From Fonticula alba ATCC 38817 (Eukaryota; Protista; Nucleariida), in NCBI GenBank assembly GCA_000388065.2, contig KB932217.1: DNA of 51,216 bases. One strand, 5' to 3'. Under the pieces are notes generated by a model. That model ran no database searches, was not told the DNA's origin, and saw only the letters and a list, made by a program, of their open reading frames with translations. The stretch's first letter is position 1; the number at the start of each line of letters is the position of its first letter. Both the position numbers and the translations under genes were made by a program. Positions 12,201 to 25,200 of this stretch are shown here, piece by piece.

Positions 12201-15200
12201 CTATGTCCGGGATGCCAGCAAAGACACAGCCGCCTCGGCCTCCGGGCCCGACCGCGCGGCCAGCAGCTCCCGCAGACGCGCATTCAGGCCGCGGGCATTT
12301 TTGGCCGCTGCATTTGACCCGGCCCGTGGTTAGCCAAAGGCCGGAAGACCGGCGGCCCATGCTGCCCATGCCCCCCGCACCCCCGCACCCCCGCACCATT
12401 GTTCGCGATCGCCACCAGGGCCTTGGTCAGCTCGAGATCCGCGCACGGATCCCCGGCAAAGGGCTCCTGGAGGCTGGCCAGCGCCTCGACCAGGTGGCCA
12501 TTGGCCGCTCGGGCGTTGCCGGGGGCTGGGTCAATGCACCGGCCAGAAGGGAGGACGCATGTCAGCTGGAAGCGCCGACCGGGGAAGGGCACGGCGAGCG
12601 ATCACATCACCCACGCGCGGAGGCCCCGCCAGGAGGGGGGAGAAGGAGCGGGAAAAAAAAAGGACAGCCCAGTGCTCGCACCATGACGCGCCAAGAGGAC
12701 CGCCCCGTGCAGGGCGTATTCTAGCGCCTCCCGGTCCCCGGCGCAGCCCGGCGCCAGGGCCGCGATGCGCCCCGCCACTTGGGTGTTGAGCCGACGCCGG
12801 TTGGCCGGGGCTGCTCCGCCGAGAGGTGTTAAATCCGAGAGGCAGGCGGGGGGAAAAAAGAGAAGAGACCAGGCAAGCCCCCGACGCCCCGCACGCCGTA
12901 CCGTTGTTCGCCAGGAGCATCATGCCCAGAAGCCGGCGGTTGTGGAAGTGCGCCGCGTCGTACGCATCCTGCAGACTCAGGGCCTGGAAAAGGGCCGCAT
13001 TCATGCGCGGGCAGTTGCGCGTCGCTGCGCCGAGGACACCGCCCAAGGCGTGCACGTCGGAATGTGAGCCGGCCAGCGGGCGATAGAGGGGGAGAGAGAA
13101 AAAGGGGGAGGGGGAGAGAGAAAAAGGGGGAGATGGAGAGAGAAAATAGAGAAAATAGAGAAAATAGAGAAAATAGAGAAAATAGAGAAAATAGAGAAAA
13201 TAGAGAGAGAGAAAAAGAAGCCTGCTTCGCGGCCCCCCATGGGCCAAAGAGCGCGCACCGCTGCCGCAAAGGTTGGCCAGCGCCGCGATGGCGTACTCCT
13301 GCGTGTCGAAGTCATCCGGCGCCCGCGCGATGGCCAGGCGAAGCTGGCGCAGGATCAGGACATTGAACGACTGCCGGTTGTGCAGGGCTGCTCCCATTCC
13401 GCGAGTCGTCGAAGGTTAGTTTCCCGGGACCGCGCCGCGGAGGCACATAGCCAGGCGGCGGGGCCGCGGCCCGAGGCGGAGGGAGACAAACACCAACAGG
13501 CAGGAGGCGAAGAAAAGACGCGGGGGGGGGGAAAAAAAAAAAGCACACATGGCGGCCCCGCGACAGGCAGCAAGCATCGCACAATTGATGGCCAGGTGGC
13601 CCAGGGCGATGGACAAAAACCGCTGCACCTTCACGTCGTCCACCGGCCGATGCGTGTAGTCCAGCAGCGCCCGCATGGTCAGGCGGTTCATGCGCGAGCC
13701 ATTGTTGTGCGCTGCTCCGACCGCCGGCATCCATCGTCAGCAAAGGCCACCCGCCACCGATGCAGGCCAGGGCACCCGCCGGCCCTCCCCGCCCCGCAAG
13801 GCACGAACGCACAGTTCCAAGCCAGCTGCCCCAGGCCGGCCAGGGCAAAGATCTCCATCTCCTCATGGCCGCGCCCGCGCCGCACCGCGGCCAGGATCTC
13901 CCGCATCAGCAGCCAATTCACCACGGGCCGGTTGTCGCGCGCTGCATCGCGAGGGTGCGCCCATCAGTCACACGAAAATGCCGGAGAGCGGCCAAGGGCC
14001 GAGCGCGCGCAGGGGGGGGGGGCAGGGGTGGACGCCCAGCAAGGGCCAAGGCAGCAGCCTGGCCCACCCCCGGCATCGTGCATCGACGTACAGTTCCGGG
14101 CAATGCCAACCACACACCGCAGGGCCTGGGTCTCGGCCGACAGGATCCCGACCATCCGCCGGGACAGGGCCAAGGACGCCTGCAGCAGCTGGCCATTGAG
14201 CTGGCTACTGTTCGTGACGGCTGTCACCAGGGGGGGGGGGGGGAACAATCGGCACATCGACGCAGCGGCGCACCGGCGCACCGGCGCACCGGCGCATCAG
14301 CATGTCGGCCCATCGGTATGTCGGATTATCAGGACATCAGTACAGCGGTACATAAGCACGAGCCACCGGCAGGGGACACATGCGTGGCAGGATGACCGCA
14401 CCACCGACCGACAGGTGCCCGAAGCACCGCGCCACCGAATCCTGCAGGTCCATGTCATCCCGCGCCACGGCCGCCACGCGCAGGACCGCACAAAACAAAG
14501 CATGGTTCACCTCCGGCAGGTAGAGACTCGCTAACGTGCGTGACCCAGCACAAGGGCACCGGTGAGGACGCCTTCGCAGGCCGGCCGCATGGCAAAAGAG
14601 GGGGCACTTTGACACACGCACAGGGGGCAAGCAGCCGCTCCAGGCCGCGGCCCACATGCCGCGCCACGTCGACCGCGCCCAGCCCCTGCTCGAGGCCCAG
14701 CTCCAGGACCGCGGACAGCATTTCCAGCAGACGCCGCGCGAAAGGCCCCGTGCTTTGGCGCGGCGCTGGTCATTGCACCGGGTTAGAGACCTCGCCCGCC
14801 GGGGGGCCGACCGGCGGCGGCAGCCGCAAAGGCCCCAGCAAAAACCGGCATTCGCACACACACACACACACCATGAACGGCCACGAGTGACAGCCCGAGG
14901 GCCAGCCATGAGCAGCCCTCCGCACCGAGGTCCGGTCGCCGGAGAAGCCTTTCCGCACACGCGACCATGTCCTCCCAGTGGCCGGAGGAAAAACTTTCTG
15001 CAACGCCCCCGCGACGGCGCACGCAACAGGGTCGAGCCACCGTCAGGAGCGAGGGGCAACGAATGCAACACAGGACTAGCGGCCTCGGCGTACCATTGAG
15101 CGCCAGGTGGGCCAGGCCCATGGCCACGGCGGTGTGCGTTGGGCCGGTGCGCCCCGGCCGCTCGGCCAGCGACCGCAGATGCCGCAGGATCGCCTCATTC

Positions 15201-15785
15201 CCCCCAGGGGGGTTGCACTCAGCTGCGGCCCTCCCACGTGTTAGCACCCTCGCACCCTATGGCCAAGCACATGGGGCGCGGAGAAGGCCCGGCACAAGCC
15301 CCCACCCCCGGCGGCCATCGCGCACCATTGAGCGCCAGCCCGGCCAGCGCCCACGCCGAGAAGCCCACCACCTGCGGGTCTGACGACGTGGCAAACGCCC
15401 GGGCGCGGAGGAACACCGCCCGGTTGACCATGCGCCCGGCTGTCTGCGCTGCTGCGAGTGTCAGCGACGGGGTCGACGCCGCGCGGCCCCGGCCGGCGCG
15501 CCGCGGAAGCACAAGGGCGCCAAGCAAAAGAGAACCCGCAGCCAAATGGCCCACACCCACCCACACACCCACACACACACGGGCCCCGCGTCACGCACAG
15601 CGTTGGGCCACCGCCGCAAGGGCCCGGCACGCGTGTACCGCGGCCGCCGGATCGTCGGCCAGTTCCTTGAGGCGCTCCAGCAGACCGACGCTGGGCGCCT
15701 CGGTGCCGGCCTCCACCGCGTCGGCGAGCCGCATGGCCGCCTCGACCCCGGTGGGGGCCGGGTCCGCGCACTCCAACGAGCCCAT
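12201..15785 (-). CDS. Armadillo-like repeat protein, 14 exons, one repeat per exon
   Basis: Exons: 15785(start uncertain)-15599, 15451-15326, 15222-15094, 14997-14872, 14765-14622, 14530-14402, 14220-14092, 13941-13813, 13711-13583, 13387-13259, 13024-12902, 12810-12682, 12525-12397, 12307-12201 (TAG). All introns are GT..AG and phase 1, most with CTAAC/CTGAC-type branch sites. The spliced frame is open, with 41-48 aa helical repeats such as SLHNRQSFNVLILRQLRLAIARAPDDFDTQEYAIAALANLCGS. Confidence 0.85.
13139..13201. repeat. 9-bp microsatellite (AGAGAAAAT)x7 in an intron of the ARM-like gene
   Basis: Seven perfect copies; pyrimidine-rich on the sense (minus) strand. Confidence 0.95.
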
Positions 15786-16182
15786 CCGACTCGTGTGAAG
15801 CCCAGCCGGCAGAGGCCCGAGTGGGAGGAGGCCCGCTGCTCGAGGGGTCGACGGGGGCGTCGAGGGCCTGGGGGAGGGAGCTCCCGGCGGGAGTGCAGAG
15901 AAAGAGAGAGAGAGAGGGGAGGGAGAGAGAGGGAGAGAGGGAGGGAGCAGATAGGCGCGCGGGGGGAGGCGGCCAAAGAGGGATTCCACGGTGTCGATGC
16001 CGGTCCGGCCGGGGGCGCCCCTGCCGCCGCGTAGATTGCCGGCCGAAAAGGGGCCGCAGGGGGCGGGGGGAAAAAAACAACAACAAACAGCCTGCCGGTG
16101 CCGGGCAACGCGCGCCCCCGGGCCTGCCAACGGTGCGACGGGGTGGTTCAAAAGCCCGAGAGCCCGGTTGGCCGTCAGCTCG

Positions 16183-16254
16183 AGCGACTTGGCGCAGGGG
16201 AAGCGTGTTGGGCTCATAACCCAAAGGTCGGTGGATCGAAACCACCAGTCGCTA
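16183..16254 (+). tRNA. Initiator tRNA-Met (CAT)
   Basis: AGCGACTTGGCGCAGGGGAAGCGTGTTGGGCTCATAACCCAAAGGTCGGTGGATCGAAACCACCAGTCGCTA; A1:U72, three G:C pairs in the anticodon stem, ATCG in place of TTCG in the T loop, downstream T run. Confidence 0.97.
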
Positions 16255-19239
16255 CTCTTTTTTCGGCCCGGCCGTTTCGCCGCCGGAAAGAGGGCCGTCT
16301 GTCGGCCCGCCACGCGCGAGAACCCGGCCAGGCCCATCGGTTTCTTTTCATGGCGGCACACCTGGCCGAGAGCCGCCCGCCAGCAGCGTGCAAGGGGGGC
16401 GGGGGGGCGGCAGCCCCGGGCCGGCGCGCCGCGCGCCCTCACACGCGCGGGCGTCGCCACCTGGCAGAATAGCCGGCCCTTTTTTTTTCGGGGGGGGGGG
16501 GGCACATCCCCCATGTGCCGGGGCGCGCGGCCCGCCTTCGCCCCCCCCCCCCCCGGCTCCAGGGATGGCGGTCCCGCCGCCAGGACATGCTCCAAGTCCA
16601 CAGGCCGGGCGCGACGCCCCCTGCGGCACGGGGCCGGCCCGCCCCCGACGCGGCATCGGCCCCCGAGCACATTTCGCTCCGGGGTCGGCGGGGCCCGAGC
16701 AGCTCGCCGCACGGGCCGCCCACGGCCGACAGGCCGGCACTAGAGCAGCCATGCATCCTCCGGTGTGCGGCCTGCTGCCGGCTCGGCCCTGGGGGCGGCC
16801 TGGCCCGCCGCCGCTCCTGAGCCACCCCGACACGGCCGAGCGGGCCCCCGCACGGCCCCTTTGCCCGCCCTTTCCTGGCCACTGCCCCGACTCGGCCGCC
16901 CCAGCGTCCCCTCCTCGGTCGGCACGCCGCCAGCCACACCGACATCTACATGCGCACAAGCAGCCACGATGGTCCCCTTACCCAGCGACAGACACGCGCG
17001 CGCTGGTCACACCGGTGCGCGCACACTGTACCCGGTGTCCCGCCCCAGAGCGGCATGTGGCCGCCTCAGCAGCTCGGCCAGACCTCTCTCCCCTGGCCCC
17101 CTCCTCCCCCGGGGGGATGTGCCATACACCCGCCCATGCGGCCACCGGCTCTGGGCGTGGCCCCACACTCGGGTACCCCGGCCGCAGGCTCGCACGCCAC
17201 GCGCCGAGCCATCGGCACAGGCATCACCATCATCCGGCCGTGCGTGCCAAGGGGAGGACAGACCCCCCCCCCCCCCCCGCCACAGCAGCCGCAACCATCC
17301 ATTCGCGCCGCGCCAAATGTCCCCCGCCCTGGGGGCGGCCCTCCACCCGGGTGACGCGGCGCTCCCGCTGGCTCCGTGCCCGGAAAGGGACGCACCCCCC
17401 GAGAAAGCTCCTGTCCCCTCGGTCGGCGACAGGACATGTCCTCCCCCGCGCGCGGATTCCCCCTGCATGGCTGCGAACCGCCAGCCGACACAGTCCCATC
17501 ACCGGGCCCGGGAGAATCCGAGCAGCGCCGCATGACACCAGCCACCCCCCCCCCCCCACACACACACACACATACGCCCGGGAAGGGGGCACTGCACGGA
17601 TTTCGGCGGCCCCAGGCCGGGCAAAGCCGCACCAGTCGCCACACCAAGGGTGCGCCGAGAGCTGCCCAGGCACCAGAAGGCCTTTCGCATGGAAGCCGCC
17701 CCCCCCCTTCCCATGACGCCGGTGCCCTGGCACCGAGCACTGCCATGGACGCCCATAACGCGCGGCACCGGCCACCGGAAGGCGACCCGTGCGCGCGGCC
17801 GCATGCGCACCCTGCGCCAGAGAGGGAGAACGTGTCCGGAGGCCGGCTTGTCTGTGCTGCGCGGCGTGGCCCATCGCCCTGGGGCGCCTCTCCGTCCGAA
17901 GGCGGTCCCGCCGCCGGGGACGCTCTCCCGCAAAGCACCCCAGCCGGAAGCCCGGCATGCCGCGTGATCTGCCGTCGGTTCTGGGCCGACGAGAATATAC
18001 ATACCCCACAACGGACGAGACGCCCTGCCCGGCCATGGGCACACACACATACCCCTCAGTCTGGCATCCCGGTCGATGGGCCAACGCCTCGGAGCGTGAC
18101 CACGCGTTAGCGCCGACGCTGCCAACGCTCCGTCCTCGCCGCGCGCGTGCCCCGGGCCAGGGGCGGCGGCCCTGGGGGGGCGGCCCGCCTCCCAGCTCGC
18201 TCGCGCTTCTGCCCTCGCGGCCCGACGCCGCGTTTCAAGTTCACCGCACCCCCGCGCCCTATTTTCCAAGCGGCCCATCATCCAGAGACGGCGATCCATT
18301 TACCGCCTCCTCCAGCCACGTGCCCCCCTGGAAGCGTGCCCCGCCATGTTGGCGGCCTGCAGCCGTTCGCACGCAACCCCCCCCCCCGGGCGTTGGTGTC
18401 TGGAGCAAGCGTCCCGCCCCTGACCCGGGGGGGAGGGGCTAATGAGCCGGCGAAATGTCCGCCGCCCCTCTTTCGCCCGGCCCTTCGTTCGGGCCCGGCA
18501 CCCCTGCCCTTCTGCGCCGCCGGGGAAATGCAGGCACACAGAAGGTGCGTAGGCTATTCGCCAGACGCATCCCGGGGCCCGACCCGGCGAATGAGGCACA
18601 AGAAGCGCGCGCCCGCCGGCAACGAAGGACCCGCCCGCGCCGCACCCCCGCCCGCTCTCGCCCCCTCGTCCCTGCTCCCGGCCGGCCGGCCGGCCGGCCG
18701 GCCGGCTCATCAGCGGCCCCCTGTCCCAATCCTTGTTTGTTGCAATCGACCTTCCCACGGTGCCAGCGGATCGTGCGCCAGCCCCCTCGCTGCCGCCCTA
18801 CGGCGAACCCTCCTCGCCGCTGGCCAGCCCGCGGCCGTGACAACAGCCTGGCAGCGGGGGGGGGGGGGGGGCTGCCGCACCCCGGACCCCGGGCCGGGCC
18901 GCCGGCCGCGGCGACCGGCACCCCCTCCCCCGTCCGGTGCCTCGAATGTCGCCCTCCCCCGGCCCTGCGAGCGCGCCCGCCTGGCCTTTGCCCCCCGCGG
19001 CCGGCCGTACGGGCCGGAGGATCACCCGGCCGCCGGGGGACCGGCGCGCCTCGCAGCCCGACACCGCCCGGTGTCCCGGGCGACCGCCTATAAGCGGACC
19101 CTGCGCCGGGGCTGGCCGGTCGCTCGGGTGTCTGCCACAGCCCCCGCCCCGCCCCACGCCCCGCCCCCCCCCCCCTTTCTGTCCCACCGGCCCCGCCGCC
19201 TCTCCTTTGCCTCGCCTCGTCGCCCGAAAAGACGCCATC

Positions 19240-22200
19240 ATGGCCTGGTCGCCGCGGGCACTGCTGCTGTTGCTGCTCTTGGCAGCCTGCTGGCTTGCCC
19301 TGCCGGCCAAGCCGGCCACTGGGCTGCCGACCCCGGCCCAGTCGCCCACCCACCCTCCGGGCCTGCTCCTACGCTCTTCCTGTGCGCGATCCCCCCCCCC
19401 CCCTGTGCCCATCTTGTCACCTGCACCCATGCACCCATACATACACACATGCACACATGCACACATGCACACATGCACACATGCCTACTCACACACACCG
19501 AAACGCACTAACACAAAAACACAAACACACAAACACACAAAAACACACACTCACACCCATACACACACTCACACACAAACACACAAAAACACAAAAACAC
19601 ACACAAAAACACAAAAACACACACAAACACACACAAACACACATCTTCATAGCTGGCCCAGGCTTGACCGTCGCATGCCACGAATCGTGCCTCGACTGCA
19701 GTGGCCCCGCCATCGACCAATGCACCCGATGCGCCAAGATCCTCCTCAACGGCCGGTGCATTGACGCCTGCCCACCGACGCACTACGAAGCCAACGAAGG
19801 ATCCCTGTGCCTGGCCTGCCCGACCTTTTGCGCCGACATCGGCTGCAACCCCTTCGGCAGGCACCCGACGCCCGACTATGACGGACCCTGTGGCAGGTGC
19901 CTCTCCGAGCCAACCCTCCATCCTACCTGCCTCCCCCCACACGACCGCTGTCCCCACGGCCAGTATGCCCCGGCCACCGGGCCTTGCGCTCCGTGCCACC
20001 CCCACTGCGCGGCCTGCACCGGGCCCAAGTCCACCGACTGCACCCTCTGCCAGTCGGGAACCATCCGCCTCCCTTCCGGCGCATGTGCCTTCCCCTGTCC
20101 GGAGGGGCTCTCCACCTTTGCCCACTCGCCGAATGGCGCCTGCGAGCCCTGCCACCACACGTGCACTCGCTGCACCGGCCCCTCGGCCAACCAATGCACG
20201 GCCTGCCTGCCTGGGCTCCTGCTCGATCAGGCCACCGGCCAATGCCTCCCACCGGCAGCCTGCCCGCCCGGGACCTATCGCCACTCCACCAATCCGACCG
20301 TCTGCCGGAGCTGCCATGCCAGCTGCGGCGAATGCCGCGGCCCGTCGGCCGACCAGTGCACCCTCTGCACCGACGACAAGACCCTGCTCGCCGGGCGCTG
20401 CCATGATGGCTGCCCCCCCGGCCACTTTTGCTACCTGCCGGAGCTGCTAGACCAGCGGCTTGCCCGGGCCTGCCACCCCTCATGCGCCACATGCTCCGGC
20501 ACGGAGCCCGACCAATGCACCTCCTGCCCGACGGGCCAGCCCCCGGTGCAGGACCAGTGCAAGCACCACTGCCCGGCCGGGCTCTTCCCCACGCCGGATG
20601 CCCAGCCCGGCGCCTGCACCCCCTGTCACCCCTCCTGCGACACGTGCTCCGGCCCGGCAGCCAACCACTGCACCACCTGCCCCGGGGGCATCCCACTCCA
20701 GGAGGGCACCTGCGTCAATGTCTGCGGCTCGGGCTTCTACCTGAGCGACGACTTCGCCGCGGTCCCCATCTGTCAGCCCTGCCATCCGAAGTGCCGCGAA
20801 TGCACCTCCGGCACCGGCGACACCTGCACCGCCTGCCCCGATGGGTGGCTCCTGGAGGCGGGCCACTGCGTCACCGCATGCAGTCCGACATTCTACCCGC
20901 GCCTGCTCGGCAATGGCCGCGACTCCTGCCAGGAATGCCACGCGCCCTGCCAAGAGTGCCGGGCCCCGGGCCAGTGCACCGCCTGCCGCGAGGGCTTCTG
21001 GCCGGACACCGAAGACCCGGGCGCCGGCCCCGACCCCCATGTCTTCCGCTGCCAGCCCTGCCAGACCGATTCCACCTGTCGCCAGTGCGACCGTCTCCGG
21101 CCGGACGTGTGCCTCAAGTGCCAGGACGGCCTCTTCCTCCACAATGGCTCCTGCCCTGTCGGCTGCCCCGCGGGCATGTACGAGTCCCTGGCCGATGGCC
21201 GGTGTCTCCCCTGCTCGGCCGGCTGTGCCCAGTGCTCCTCCGCCGACCAATGCACCGGGTGCCTGGACGGGCCCTTCTTCCTGGACGACGGCGTCTGCCG
21301 GCTGTGCAATGCCTCCTGCCTCAAATGCTCCACTGCCGATGAGTGTCTCGAGTGCGCGCCGGGCTTTGTCTGGCCCAGCTTCGAGCTCCAGCGCGCGGCC
21401 CTCTGCACGGACGCCTGCCCGGTGGGCTCCTTCCGCCAGACCGACTGGTGCCAGCCATGTCACGCCACCTGTGCCGAGTGCGCCGACGCCGCGCACATCT
21501 GCACGGCATGCAGCCAGGGTCACCGGTTCTCCGGGCCCGGGGTGTGCTCGGCATGCCCGGCCTCCGGGGCCCGGCCCTGTGCCCTGTGCCCGCCCGGCGG
21601 CGGCGGGGCCTGCCTGCAGTGTGCCCCCGGCGGGCTGCTCACCCCGGACGGCCGGTGCGAGGACCAGTGCCCGACCGGGACCTATGCCCAGGTCGACGCG
21701 TCGGCCGCCGGCCAGTGCCGGGCCTGCGCCCCCGAATGCGCCACCTGCCACGGGCCCGGGTCCGATGCCTGCCTTACCTGCAGCCCGGGCCTGGCATGGG
21801 TGGCGGACCCGGGCCATCCGCAGCCCGGCTCGGGCACTTGCGAGGACCCCCGCTGCCCGGCCGGGCAATACCACGCCCAGGACCCCGGCAACCCTGCGGT
21901 CGATGTCTGCCTGCCCTGCGACCCGGCCTGTGCCGTGTGCGGCGGCCCGCTGGACTCCCAGTGCTGGATGTGTGCCGACTCGGCGCGCTTCATCGAGCAT
22001 GGCCTCTGCCAGGCCGAGTGCTCGCCGGGCTTCGTCCCGGTGGCCGGCCGGTGCCTGCCCTGCCACGAGTCGTGTGCCACCTGCACCGGCACCCGGTTCA
22101 CCGATTGCCAGGCATGCCCGTCGGACCTGCTGCTCTTCCCGACCCCGGGCGGTGGCCAGCAGTGCCTGGCCAGCTGCCCGGCCGGCTTCATGGTCGCCGG

Positions 22201-25200
22201 CGGGGCGTGTGTCCCCTGCCAGGCCGGCGGCTGTGTCCGGTGCCCGGCCGCCCCGCAAGTGTGCACCCACTGCGAGCGCCACCTCTTCCTCCATGCCTCG
22301 AGCTCCGGCGGCCAGGACACCTGCCTGCCGGCATGTCCCCCGGGAAGCGTGGCCGTCGGCGCCCAGTGCCTGCCCTGCTGGCCGGGATGCGCCTCCTGCT
22401 CCGGGCCCGGCAGCCAGCAGTGCCTCTCCTGCCAGCCCGGCCAGGGGCTGGTCCTGCACCAGTGGCAGTGCCTGGCCGCCTGCCCGAGTGGCACCTTCGC
22501 CCCGGCCGGCCAGGCCGTCTGCCTGCCATGCCATGCCACGTGTGCCCGGTGCACCGACGGCTCGGGGGTCGGCTGCTCCGCCTGCCCGGCCGGGGCCATC
22601 CTCTGGCAGGGCCGCTGCCTCGGCCAGTGCCCCATCAGCACCTTCCCCCAGCCGGCGGCCGCCTCCTGCCAGCAGTGCCATTCGGACTGCCTCGATTGCG
22701 CCGGGGCCCCGGCCGACCAGTGCACCGCCTGTCCGCTGGGGCTGTCCCGGCAGGCGCCCACCGGGCCCACCGCCTGCCTGGCCGACTGCCCCGAGGGGCA
22801 GGCCGCCTGCCCGGCCACCGGCATGTGTGTCCCCTGCCCGGCTGGCTGCCAGCAGTGCCTGGTGCCGGACTTCGATGGCACATGCGCCGGGCCGGTCTGC
22901 CTGGCATGCGCCCCGGGGCACTTCCGCACCACCGACGGCCGGTGCGTGGCCGGCGCCTGCCCGGCCGGGGAATTCCCCCTGGCCGATGGGGTCACCTGTG
23001 CCTGGTGCCATGCGCCCTGCGCCCGGTGCCACGGGTCGGCGGACTTCTGCACGGCCTGCGCCCGCGGCACCGACTGGCTCCTGCCGCAGGAGGGCCGGTG
23101 CCTGCCCAGCGGCTGCCCCGGGGCCGGCTTCGCCCGGGCCCCGGGGCCCGGCAGCCCGCCCGAGCGCCTGTGCCTCGCATGCACCGTGGCCGACTGCGAC
23201 ACATGCCAGGAGGCCCTGGATGCGGCCGGCCCGGCACCGGGCGGGGCCCCCCTGCCGGACATCTGCCCCCATGCCGGGGCCCCGCTGCCGGCCGGCCCGC
23301 GCCAATGCCCCCCCATCGGCCGGTGCAATCGCTGCATGGCCGGGCTCTTCCTGCTGCCGGTCGACCAGCACACCGACGCCTGTGTGGCCGCCTGCCCGGC
23401 GGGCCATTACGAAGTCCACGGCCCGTCGGCCTGGCACTGTGCCCCCTGTGCCCCGGGGTGCTCTTCGTGCGACGGCCCGCTGCCCGAGCACTGCACCCGG
23501 CCGCACGGGGTCTCCCCCCGCGCGGGTGCGTCGGCCCGCGGCGCCGGGCCACGCACCGGCCCATCCCCGGCCTCTTTTTTTTTTTTGCTCGCCCCCTCGC
23601 TCGCTTGCCCCTCGCCTCCACTGACATTCATGCTTGTGTGCCCGGCTGGCCGCTTGTCGGCGGGCGTCTGCTCCTCGGGGGGGCCCGCTTGTCGGCGGCC
23701 CGGGGCCCAGCCCTCGGCATGGGGCTCGGCATTGGCCTGCTGCTGCTGGTCCTCCTGGGGGTCCTGGGCCTGGCGCTGGTGTACTTCCTGCGTGGGCGCC
23801 GGCGCCACTACAAAACCATGCCCAACGAGTTCGAGCTCGATGACCAGGACGCCACCGTGCTGAACACCGCCATGGAGCTGTCCCTCCCCGGGGCGGCCCT
23901 CGTGTCGCTGGAGGACGACTTCCTGCCGGAGGCCGGCGGCACCCTCGGCGCCGGCACCCAGGCCAGTGTCTTCAGCGCGCGGGTCGTCGGCCCGGGCCTG
24001 TGCGAACGCCTCAAGTGCCCGGATCGCGTGGCCATCAAGCGCTTCAAAGGTGCGCATGCGTGCCGCGGCCCGGGCAGGGGCTTGGCGACGCGCCTTTTGG
24101 CGCGCTCGCGCCCTGCCGCCCCGTGTCGCCCCCTTCCCCCGCGCCTCCCCGGCCCGATGCTCACGCGCAACGCCCCTTCTGTCCCCCGGCCCCTGCTGTC
24201 CCTCTCGGCCCGCCGTGCCCAGAGGAGGACATGCGCGTCCGGTCCAAGCAGTTCCTCTTCCAGCATGAGATCGCCCTCCTGTGGTGCGTGCCCGGGCGGG
24301 CCCCTCCCGCGCACATGCACCTGCGTGTGGCCCGCTTCTCCCCCCCCTCGTATTGACCCGTCCTAACCGTCTGGTGACGGCGCGACGTGGCCACCGGCCA
24401 GGCTCCTGCGCGGCCAGCCCAACGTCATCCAAATGTACGGGTATTCCGACTCGCCGCCGACCATCATCCTCGAGCTGTTCGACACGCCGCTCGACGACCT
24501 GCTGGCCTCGGAGGTGCCCCTGTCGCTGGGGGAAACGCTCGGCATCGCCCAGGGCTTCGGTACGTGGAGGCGGGGGGGGGTGCTCCCTTTCGCCGGCCGA
24601 CGCTCGCCCCTCACCCCGGGTCACTGACCGCCAACCGGTGTATATGTGTCTGCGTGTGTGTGGCGCCCGCGCGCCAATCGCCGTGACGGCCGCGGCATCG
24701 CGCACGACGCCCCGCAGCCCGCGGCCTGACCGCCATGCACGAGGCCCGCATTGCCCACTGCGACATCAAGCCGGCCAATGTGCTGGTGCGCCGGGTGGCC
24801 GGGGCCTGCTGGTACGCGGCCATCGCCGACCTCGGCGGATCCAAGAGCGTCTCGCCCGACCGGCAGAACGCCCTGACCGTGGCCCCGGTCCGGCTGAATG
24901 CCCTCTCGGCGGCCTTCGCCTCGCCCGAGTGCCTGCAGGCCCTCTTCGCGCGCAAGGCCCTGGCCCCGGAGCTGTCCCTGGCGTCGGACATCTACTCCAG
25001 CGCCATCCTCCTGTGGGGGCTCTTCTCGCGGATCCCCCCCGGCCGCGGTGCGTAAGCTCGGCTGCCCCTTCGCCCCTTCGCCGGCGGCGGGACCCGCCGC
25101 GCCCCGGGCCCGGCCCACTGACCGACACCTTGCACCGCCCCCCTGTGCCCGTATGCCTCCCCCTCTGTGCCTCCCCCCTTTCGCCGCTCCTCCTCCCGCG

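Noticed and set aside
20480-23506. 1008-aa and 563-aa minus-strand ORFs and alternative-frame ORFs over the receptor kinase
   Set aside because: Antisense or frame shadows of a high-GC3 coding exon.
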